From: Eledone cirrhosa
Taxonomy: Eukaryota
NCBI GenBank assembly: GCA_964016885.1
Contig: OZ024743.1
Span: 256,060,001-256,124,000, forward strand
DNA length: 64,000 bases
Reading direction: 5' to 3'
The position numbers and the translations under genes were made by a program. The notes beneath the pieces are model-generated. The model was not told the DNA's origin. It did no database searches and was given only the letters and a program-made list of their open reading frames with translations. Of the stretch, positions 53,739 through 64,000 are shown piece by piece; the stretch's first letter is position 1; the number at the start of each line of letters is the position of its first letter.

Positions 53739-54533
53739 TTTCAAAGAAGGACAACGTTTTATAGTAAAACACAATTTCACATGCGCATCAGACCCAAAAC
53801 AGCCTCCGCCAACGCATGACTGTCCATAGATCCCAAATTAAAATACGGGAATACAGGAAAATACCACTGAGTGAACACATTGATACCTGTGACGCCCAAA
53901 ATCATCCCAACTTCAGAATCTTTCCCCTCTACAAATTTAAAGATAATGCCACCCACACCCAGCGCATCAGCAAGGAATCTCACTTTATTAACAAATACGG
54001 ACCCCGTCTAAACACTTCTCCCTAAGACGAACCCACAGCATACACACGTCAACATACATACCTACATCCTACATACATCTCTGTCCACATATAAACACAA
54101 TGACATACGTAAACACACATGTTCTATGGTGCAACACAAATATACACAAATGTGCATACCTTTTGATGTCTATAGATATAAACGTGCCGACACACACACA
54201 CATACATATACGCACACATGCATTGCACACTGATGGGCACATACATATTTGTACACAAGTATTCCAATACGGCAAGGCCTAATGGATTCCCCTTGCAGTA
54301 CGTACAATCGGGACACTCACACACACCTTGGTCTTATGCCAATACTATATATCATTTCACACCTTTTATTATTAAGGTTTTTGATGTTCTATTGAGAGAA
54401 TCGTTTTTACTGAAAATATCGAATAATGTACACCATTTTTACCAGTATCACAAAAATACTGGTCCACCCACACACACACACACACATATATATACACGCA
54501 CACATACACACGCGTACACTAACATACAAAGAG

Positions 54534-54573
<40 letters not shown>

Positions 54574-55215
54574 CTCCGTATAAGACAAGAGCTGAAAAAT
54601 ATCTTTTAACATGTTAAAATATCCCCCACACACGTACAGACACGTTCCTACTAACCGATCCCTCTACCACGAATTACTCTGCTACACACACACACACACA
54701 CACACTTGTCTTAATAGGCATCTGAAGTGTTGACCTGTTAGCAGGCTGCGGTTCGCACACACATCCCTGCTAACCATTATCACAACAACGAACCTCTTTA
54801 CTACTACTACTACTACACACACACACACACACACATATTTGTCTTAAAAGACTTATTTTTCAGTGACTTCTCAATCAGCCGAGACAAACCTACATTTGGC
54901 GCAAAATCAATTTTTAACATTCACATGACCTCTACCGACCAATCAAAATTGTTTTGACCACAAGAATTTTTTCATACATCTGGAGCCGATTTTTTCACAT
55001 AAAACAGGTAGAATTTCCAAAACTAATCAGATTAGAGCAAACATGACGGACGCTCTATCTCAAAATTATTTTTGAAAAGCATCAGAAATGCGCAACCGGT
55101 AAAAACTTAAAACCAAAACTGAATACTAGCCAATACTATCACTAATTTTTACTTATTCCTAATTAAACTATTTTTCACTGGGAACAATTTGTCAGCATTT
55201 TCTTTTCCTTTTGCC
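53739..55215 (+). mobile_element. PLE 3' fragment (Neptune/Poseidon-like GIY-YIG C-terminus, UTR, HHR-like end)
   Basis: FIVKHNFTC..LRQRMTVHRSQI..LSEHI..R..KE.HFI.KY.P.LN; the GIY/YIG strands themselves are deleted. Confidence 0.65.
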
Positions 55216-55427
55216 AATATATATATATATATATATCACGAAGGAAGTGTGGTAAGGAACTAGATGGACCATAACGCATCAGAGTACTCAATACTTAGGG
55301 TAGTAGAGTGGGTAGAGTGGGTAATATGAAAATGTTTAACCCCGAAGTTGGAGCTCAAGCCGTTTCGACTGGTATTTCTGAACTAAATTAGAATTTTTAG
55401 CGTTGTAATTTAGCGTTGTAATTTATA

Positions 55428-55506
<79 letters not shown>

Positions 55507-55624
55507 ATACATATATATATATATATATATATGTGTACATATATCTATGTGTATATATATTCATATATATGTATATATATATATATATATTTATGTATAT
55601 ATATATGTATATATATATATACAT

Positions 55625-56600
55625 CCAGGGAGTGTAACTTGGAGTTACTGTAGGTTCACCCGGGTGAGCCCTGGATTTTTAGGTTCACTTCAGTGTCGAG
55701 GTGTAGAGATAGACAGAGTGTATTATAGTTAAATAAGATAACAAGGACGATTGGTTACTCCATCATTACGTTTATTGTTTGGTGACACGCGTTTCGCCAC
55801 TGATCGGCTCATGGTTCGATCTGTATTGATATGACCCGACTCTGTAATCAGCGGCTCGTCAGACCCCTTGTAATGGTAATGGAAAAATTAATATACAAGC
55901 CGTATGATAAAGTCAGGTGCTTCAATGGTGGTCAGTAAAGTTTGTTTTAATTGGTGGATTAATTCATATGAATGTTTTTGCCTGTAGTGAATGTGTGTGT
56001 GAGTGGGGGGGGGGGTGATATGTTGGTGGTGCCAGTCGTAGGTTGAAGTGGGTGGCGGTGCGGAGGTGCTAGTTGTTGGTAGACAGTTTGGCATGTAGAT
56101 GTGGCTGATATTTCTGTGTGTTGTGGGAGTGGTGTTGTTTATGATAAGGATGAAAGGTTGCAGTTTTTATGGTAGGGTGATATTTGTGGTAGTGGATTGT
56201 TAAGGAAGCACATTCTATAAGGAGATACATATATACACACGTAGCCTGACAAATATATTATATACATTCACATGTGTGTATATATAGCCAGTGGGGATGG
56301 CGGTTGTACAAACATACTTACACACAGACACACACACACATGTGTTGTTTATGGAGGGATGATGGGCATGGTATGTGTTCGTGATGTTGATGGTTGTGAG
56401 AGTATGGCGGTTCACTTGGTGGTGGTGGTGGGTTGGGGGGGAGATCTTAGAATAGGTTACATGTTAGAGAAGACAAAGTTACTGAGATGAGGGACAGTGT
56501 GGTAGGGTAAAGATGGTTATCCCTATGTTGAGTCACGGTTACTGGCTGGCCCTCGGCCGAATGTTTGTTCGGAGAAGGTGCTCATCCTGGTGTGTCTGCA
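55625..56600 (-). mobile_element. Naiad-type PLE 3' end (CRH terminus, UTR, pLTR)
   Basis: Minus strand CRHTRMSTFS matches CRHTRMHTFS at ~63250; HHR at 55781. Confidence 0.7.
55781..55866 (-). ncRNA. Canonical type I hammerhead ribozyme
   Basis: GGT-CTGACGA-GCCGCTGAT...ATCAGTGGC-GAAAC-GCGT-GTC-ACC. Confidence 0.85.
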
Positions 56601-56664
56601 TATATATATATAAATCATCATCATCATCGTTTAACGCTAGCATGGGTTTATATATATATATATA

Positions 56665-56697
<33 letters not shown>

Positions 56698-56830
56698 GTA
56701 TATATTAAAAAATGAGGTTTATCTTACAAAATGAAAAAAACAACGAGACGTCCTACACGAGTGAAAGTATAAGGAAAAGAATGAAATCGAAAATGCAACT
56801 GGAGTCTTTTTAAGAATATTAATTTGGTTC

Positions 56831-56867
56831 CTTTACCGGTTTCGCAGTTCTTGAGCTTTTCAAAAGT
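56831..56867 (-). ncRNA. Hammerhead variant with U3-A8 core
   Basis: CTT-TTGAAAA-GC-tcaagaact-GC-GAAAC-CG-GTA-AAG; related copy at 55069-55104(+). Confidence 0.55.
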
Positions 56868-57351
56868 AGAATTGAGATGGAGGGTTTGTGACTTTTCTCG
56901 CATCTGGTTGGTGTTCGGATGTTCTGTTTTATATGGAAAAAAGTGGTTCGAAATGCTAGGTTTTTAGAAAAGTGATTTGGTTGGTTGAAGACTGTCACGT
57001 GAATAAGTATAATAAATTTGGCGCCACTTCACGTTTCATACAACTATAAATATGAAGGGTACTAAGTACTAGCCGGTTACTAGTATGACAAAAGGCTCAA
57101 TACAAATTTTCAAGTGTTTTACAGAGCCGAGATACAAAGTGTTAAAACGATCAAATTTTTGTTTAGAACATTTATTTGCTGACAATTGTTTCTTACACTT
57201 TCAACCAGTGTTGCCTGTACTTGTGTTCTCTCAAGCATAACATCTTTTTAACTCCTGACTTTCAACATGTTGCCTTTGACACTAAAAACAATTATGTACC
57301 CTAAATGTTCTGAATGACTAGCATTATAGTCACATGTTTCAATATTCCCTA

Positions 57352-57398
57352 TGCTCCGATGAAGCCAGACTTCCCTCTCGAAGAAACAATTGTCAGCA
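57352..57398 (+). ncRNA. Minimal hammerhead (core CCGAUGA) within inverted repeat 57134-57441
   Basis: TGCT-CCGATGA...GAAAC-AATT-GTC-AGCA; stem II weak. Confidence 0.55.
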
Positions 57399-57442
57399 AA
57401 TAAATGTTCTAAACTAAAATTTGATCATTTTAACACTTTGTG

Positions 57443-57483
<41 letters not shown>

Positions 57484-57785
57484 ATATATATATAGTTTTG
57501 CGAGGTTTTTATATGAAATCGTGTGTCGAAACAAATATTATTATACTTAGGGAGGGTTATATTTGTGTAATATTGCCAGAATTAATATATATATATATAT
57601 GTGTTTGTGTCTATATTGTATCTGTATTTTTGACCGTTGGTCAGTCAATGGCAACATTGAGGACCGAATAAATTAAATTAACCGATATAAAAGACACAAA
57701 GCGAAGAGCGAAGACCAACCAAACAGTGAGCGTGTTCTGTTATTAATTCTGGCAATATTACACAAATATGACCCTCCCCAAGAAT

Positions 57786-57879
<94 letters not shown>

Positions 57880-57880
57880 C

Positions 57881-58750
57881 AGAAAAAGGAGGCCTGTAAA
57901 TTTCATCATGGGAGACTGATGGATGTGGAGAACAAATGGGAGAGAGAGAAATTAGACTCAGTAGATCCGACAGAGGTCCCAGCTATTGAGATTGGCGAAT
58001 ATAGGGTCCAAGAGGCAATTAAGGAAATGAAAAATGGTAAGGCTGCTGGTCCATCGGGAATAGTTGCTGAGATGCTGAAGGGACCAGGGGAAGTAGACAC
58101 TAAACTGGTTGCACGCATCATCAATCAGGCTCTATATAGTGGTGGCATACCCAAAGACTGGTGCAGCAGTACTCACATAAATTGCTACAGAGGTAAAGGG
58201 GATGCTCTGGAGAGGAGCAATTATAGGGGTATAAAACTGATGGATCAGGTTATGAAAGTTGCAGAAAGGAGAATAGCACAACTAATTAGAGAAAGTGTCA
58301 AACTAGGATATTGGCGAAAGTAATTAGAGAAAGGGTCTAAATAGATTAGATGCAGTTTGGTTTTGTGCCTGGGAAGAGTACAACACATGCCCTCTTCTTG
58401 ATGAGACAATTGCAAGAGAGGTTCTTAAAGAAAAATAAGCCACTATACTTAGCCTTTGTTGACCTAGAGAAGGCCTTTGATAGGGTACCCCGATCTGTCA
58501 TCTGGTGGTCCCTAAGGAAACTAGGTGTTGAGGAATGGCTTGTGAGGTCAGTGCAAACTTTGTACAGAGGTGCTGTCAGTAAAGTCAGGGTAGGAATGGA
58601 GTTTAGTGAGGAATTCTAGATACAAGTAGGAGTACATCAAGGTTCGGTCCTCAGCCCGCTCTTGTTCTTTATAGTCCTCCAAGCCATAACAGAGGAGTTT
58701 AAGACTGGCTGTCCATGGGAACTTCTCTATGCTGACGATCTGGTTGTTAT
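57881..58750 (+). mobile_element. RTE LINE internal RT fragment
   Basis: GKAAGPSGI, QFGFVPG, DLEKAFD, YADD. Confidence 0.9.
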
Positions 58751-58759
58751 GAGATGCGA

Positions 58760-59462
58760 GTGACATTTTTATTGTGGGCGGATAGCACGGGGCCCAAGCC
58801 TTGGATGTACATTAAAGGTGATGCCAACATCATTTGGGCAAAGCTGATGGAATATTTTCCGCATCATGCAAATAATGTAGCCCTCACGGCGGCGTTGGAG
58901 AGAATAAAGGTTGAGCTTTTCTAATCAACTTTAATAGTCAAGGCATGTCATGCCATCTATCTTCTTTGTAATCGATCTTTGGGTGCTTCAACTTTCATGA
59001 TACTTTGTGTCGTGTGGGGAGACCACAGTGGACAACAGTATTCAAGGTGGGGTTGGACAGAAGTGGAGAAGAGAAGGATAACAGTGTGGATATCTATATC
59101 TCACGACTGGAAAGTTCTCAGAATCCAGGAACACATTCTGAGGGCCATGTCAACTTTGCTATTTATATGATAGGCCCAGCTGATGTTGCTGTCCACAATT
59201 ACTGCCAGGTCTCTGATGTTATTGGATGCCACTAGAGTTTCACACGAAGGAAGAGAGTATAGTAGTTTCAGGGCATCCTTTTTTCCAAAGTGGATTAATT
59301 CAAATTCATCCTCATTCAATAGCACATTATTCTTTCCTGCCCATTGGATAACAGCCAATAGGTCTGACTGAAGGCAAGTCCGGTCACCCACCTCATTGAT
59401 GACCCTTTGGCGCTTGGAATCATCTGCGAAGATTCTTATGTTGCTGTGCTTGATGATGTCAG
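58760..59462 (-). mobile_element. CR1-clade LINE fragment
   Basis: [25 protein letters not shown]. Confidence 0.85.
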
Positions 59463-59565
59463 TAATATATATGTATATATATATAAATATATAAATATAT
59501 ATATGTATGTGTGTATATATATGTATATATATATATGTGTGTGTATATATATATATATGTGTGTG

Positions 59566-59598
<33 letters not shown>

Positions 59599-60302
59599 GT
59601 AGGTGTATATATATATATATATACACACACATATATATATATATGTGACCTGTCTTTTTTTTCATCCCTTACTACTATCCTCTTTCTTTCTCCCCCTTCT
59701 CTCTCTTACTTTCACTCACCCCCTCTGCTAGTCACCCTCTCTCGGTTACCCTCTTCATCATACTTTCACTCACTCACTCTCTCTCTCACTTCAACCATCG
59801 TCTCACACCGTACGAGATCCTTTTACTCGCTCATATTCGTACGGCTAAGATGTATCTTTACCTTCTCCTCAAAATTCTCCCGTTCTTATATTCGAAATGA
59901 ATTATTGACTTTATTTTTTCATTTTTTTACGTTGCCTCACCATTTGACTCTATTTACCTGTCTTTCTCTTTCTCCACCCAACTCTTTTTATCCCAATAAC
60001 TTAATTTAGTTATTGTATCGCCATTAGATGGAGGTATATTGTCTGTAATACGAAGAAATACCTATGATGGCTAGTAGACAACTGATGACGGATATTCCTA
60101 ACTTCTATTTCTAATTTTTCACTTATATATATATATATATACCTATGTGTATATATATATATATATATACATGGAAAGTTATATTTAAAATTGTTGGGTT
60201 ACAACTAGTAAATATTTATAACTGATATAAAAGCACTCGACAAATATTTGGAATATATTTACAATATTAAATAAATGGAAACTATATTTATAAAACCATA
60301 TT

Positions 60303-60368
60303 TATTTCATTATATATATTTCGGGGATATCATATTAACAATATGCTATGCCTTCCTCAGACAAAATA
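60303..60368 (-). ncRNA. Type I hammerhead ribozyme
   Basis: TATTTTGT-CTGAGGA-[stem II with CATATT/AATATG]-GAAAT-ATAT-ATA-ATGAAATA. Confidence 0.65.
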
Positions 60369-60899
60369 CAATATAAACAGTTTTATAGATAAATAGATAC
60401 GACATACCGTAATAACATCGACTTGCATTTGAAGAGGTTAAGCTGGCAGTGAAAAAATTTTACACAGAGAGAAAGAAAGAGAGAAAAAAGAAAGAAAGAC
60501 AGAAAACGAAGAAAAGGAAGAAAAAGAAGAAATGCATGGAACAAAATAGAGAGATGGAAAGATAGATAAAGAGAAGAACTTCATGTAAAGAAACAGAAAG
60601 ATATATATATATATAGAGAGAGAGAGGAAATAGAGATAGATACATATATATATAGAGAGAAAATTAGGTAGTGGGAGGTCAGTTGAGTAAATGTATCAAT
60701 AATACATTTATTTATTTATTTATTTATTTAGCTCTAGTATTAATGTAAGGGAGATATATATAGAGAGAAAAAATATAGAGAGAGAAAAAATAGCGAGAGA
60801 ACAAATTTAAAAATAGCCAGATATATTCAAGGCGTAAAAATCCTATGTTTTAATGTATTAGTATTTATAAAACTTCCACTATATTGTAAATATCAGTAT

Positions 60900-61832
60900 T
60901 CCTGAATGAGACAAGTATCCATAGTGTGTGAAAATTAATTAGCATTTATTGATAGGTGACGCGCGTTTCGCCACTGATCAGCTCAAGGTTCGATCTATAT
61001 CGATCCTACCCGACTCAATAATCGGCCGCTCAAATGGACCCTCTTAAAATGCTATAAGAAAATGAAATACATGCTATGTGGTAAAGTCAGAGTTTCAAGA
61101 GTTTGACAAAATGAGATGTTTTGATTGGTGAGAAGGATCAAGGCGATGTACTGGCCTGTATAGGGGTGGGTGTGATGGTGAGATGTTGGTGACGGTCTGT
61201 GGATGAGGTGGGCTGTAGTGTGGTGGTGGTGGTGGGTTGGCCTTGGTGTGTAAAGTATGTGGGGGTGGATGTGATGATATGGTGGTGGTTAAGGTTATTT
61301 AGTGGGATGGGCTGTGGTATGAGGTTAGTGGATTGTCAGTAGACGGGTTGGCGTGTGGGTGGGGGTGTGGTAGTGGTGTCTTTGAATATGGTAGCGGCGT
61401 TTGTGGTGGGGTGGTGGATGTATTGGTGGCGTCAGGTCCTTACATAGATACATTGTTAGACGCTCTTCGTCTGACAGATACCTTGTATATACGTATACGT
61501 ACACACATATATCTATATATGTGCACATGTGCACATATATTGTTGTATAAACACACTCAACATAAAACACATACGTACATCCTTGCCCACACATATCGGC
61601 ATACGCTCACACACAGCCATATGTATATGTACACACATGTATGTGCATGCGCGCATGCGGACACGAATATGGAGAGTGGGGGAGTATCGGTGGGGGTGGC
61701 GAACGACAGAGATGGGGTGAAGGTGTTTTACATATATACATACATATACATACACATGGGTATGGGCACATGGACTCACACTCATGTATGCAAGATATAC
61801 ACATACACACTCGCACACACGTATACTCACAC

Positions 61833-61867
<35 letters not shown>

Positions 61868-62031
61868 CACACACATGTACCGACAACACACACATACACG
61901 CACATATACACATACATGCACATATATGAGCTCACCTGCACATACAGTCAGATTTACCCACATACATATATGTAGACGTACACATACGTACACATACATA
62001 TATACACACACATACACATATGCATACACAT

Positions 62032-62096
<65 letters not shown>

Positions 62097-63700
62097 GACA
62101 TATGTATACACATGTGTTCACATACACACACACACACATACAGATAAATTTGCGTACACGCACGCACACTTAAAATGCCCGTATGAGTAAAATACTTACA
62201 CACAGACACACACACTATTGTTGGTTGGGGAGTGGTGGTATGTTTTGTCGGTGTTGATGAAGTATGGAGTAGTGTTTTGTGGTGGTGGTGGTGGTGGAGT
62301 TGTGAGGGACAAAAATATATATACCGGATCGAATACCGGTTAAAATGTGACATAGGTAACGCGGGGGAAAAGCGTTTATGGACGTACGGCGACGTGTGTT
62401 GTGGAAATGGTGATGGTGGTGGTGCTGGGGTGATATGTTCGGCAAGATGATTACATGATCAGAGGTTACGGTGTGTTATATGGTAGGCAGACGGGGGGGG
62501 GGGGGGTATATAATACAGTCGATTTGGGAGCGAGGGATGATATGTGTTGATGATGTAATGATAATGATTGTTGAAGTATGTGGATGTATTTAGTGGTGGC
62601 GGTGGTTGTGCATGCGTGCGACAGTACAGTTACAGGGTCGAATTTAGCGTGGGGTTGCAGGTTAGGGTAGATAGAGGGAACATGGGGGATGAGGTTGTAG
62701 GCGTGTATGGTATGCACATGACGATGTGTGGTGGGGTGGTGGTGGCGATGGTGTGATATGATCGACATTGTATTTACAAGGTCCCTTGTCATTGTGGATT
62801 GCAAGGTAGAACGTATCATATGGTACCGATTTAATACGATGTTGCAACTATGAGGTGTGTATGTTGATGTGAATTTTGGTGGTGGTGATGGTTATGTGTG
62901 CGGCATGATATACAAATGGGGGCTTAGAGATGGTAACATGGAGTACAATACAATAAGTCCATTGAGGTGGGCGATGTTGAGACGGTGGTTATTAATATGG
63001 TGTGTCATGGTTAATGTGATTTTTGGTGTGGGTTATGTATGCGGCATGATATACAAAATACGGGCTTACATATGGTTAAATTCAATGAAATGAAATAAGA
63101 TAAAGTGAAGTTAGATTAGAATTAAAGTTCGTTGAGATGGGCGATGGTGATACGGGGCAGCTGTGGTTATTATTATGGTGGGTCATGGTTAGTGCGTGGT
63201 CTTCCCGCGAAAGTTTGTGCAGAAAAGGTGTGCATCCTAGTGTGTCTGCAATTGACAATTATGTCCGACCTATAGTTTTGGCGGAATCAAGTTTAATTAT
63301 TTCCGCCGCCTCAGCTAGGCACAATCTGCAGTGGTTTCTGTCACTGGGGGTGTATGCCACACGTCTTTTTACTGACCACGAGATCTGGGGTTCAATATTC
63401 CTGTCCTTGAGGTCCCAGATCAGATCGGCCAGTTTTGTTTGGGGTCGTTTCGATCTATGTTTGAAGGAGCTTCTGTGGTTATACCAGCGCTCCTTAAACG
63501 TAGTGGATGTCGCACCTATATATGAGTACTCCTTATTGCCGGCAGTGACATCGCACCGGTAAACAATATTCTTAACGAGGCACTCCCCGTTTAGTGGGCA
63601 TTCGTCTCGTTTTTTGCAGTTGCATTTGGGAGTAACCGGTGCGGTGCAACGTTGGCGGTTGGTGTCGTGCGGTGTTGGTGTGGTGTGTGTGTTGTTGTGT
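60900..63700 (-). mobile_element. 5'-truncated Naiad-type PLE (GIY-YIG, 2.3-kb UTR, decayed HHR)
   Basis: 63259..63630 CNC..CPLNGECL..IVY..YIGATSTTFKERWYNH..CRLCLAE; HHR remnant at 60955-61041 homologous to 55781. Confidence 0.85.
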
Positions 63701-63799
63701 TGTGTTGTGTGTGTGGTTTCGTTTTGCGTTGTGGTGGTGGCTTGTTGGCAAAAATACGAAAACACATGGTTCCCCCCAACAAACCACCACCACAACGCA

Positions 63800-64000
63800 T
63801 GTTTATACAACAATATATGTGCACATATATAGATATATGTGTGTACGTATACGTATATACAAGGTATCTGTCAGACGAAGAGCGTCTAACTATGTATCTA
63901 TGTAAGGACCTGACGCCACCAATGCATCCACCACACCACCACAAACGCCGCTACCATAGACAAAGACACCACTACCACACCCCCACCCACACGCCAACCC
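63800..64000 (+). repeat. Inverted copy of the PLE UTR segment 61345-61553, running off the window
   Basis: Direct reverse-complement match. Confidence 0.85.

Noticed and set aside
60039-60100. TTGTCT...AGACAA-CTGATGA-CGGATATTCC possible HHR
   Set aside because: GAAA box missing; at most a truncated remnant

Overview
AT-rich eukaryotic (animal) DNA made almost entirely of retroelements and (TA)n/(CA)n/(ATG)n microsatellites. The repeat repertoire (RTE LINEs with (ATG)n tails, CORE- and Meta-type tRNA SINEs, many Penelope-like elements) suggests an octopus/cephalopod genome; this is an inference. No convincing host protein-coding gene was found, only two weak exon candidates. Contents: an LTR nested in an R4/Dong-type RLE LINE, a second decayed RLE LINE, several RTE LINEs carrying a PHD-like finger, CR1-type LINEs, many SINEs, and a near-intact Naiad-type Penelope-like element (PLE; RT + GIY-YIG) between two 235-bp pseudo-LTRs. 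The most striking hidden structure, read by eye on both strands, is about 20 intact, variant or decayed minimal type I hammerhead ribozyme (HHR) motifs. Most lie at the ends of inverted-repeat elements (0.13 to 6.3 kb) embedded in (TA)n, and two carry a compensatory U3-A8 core. All alignments and folds were done by eye; coordinates may be off by a few bases.
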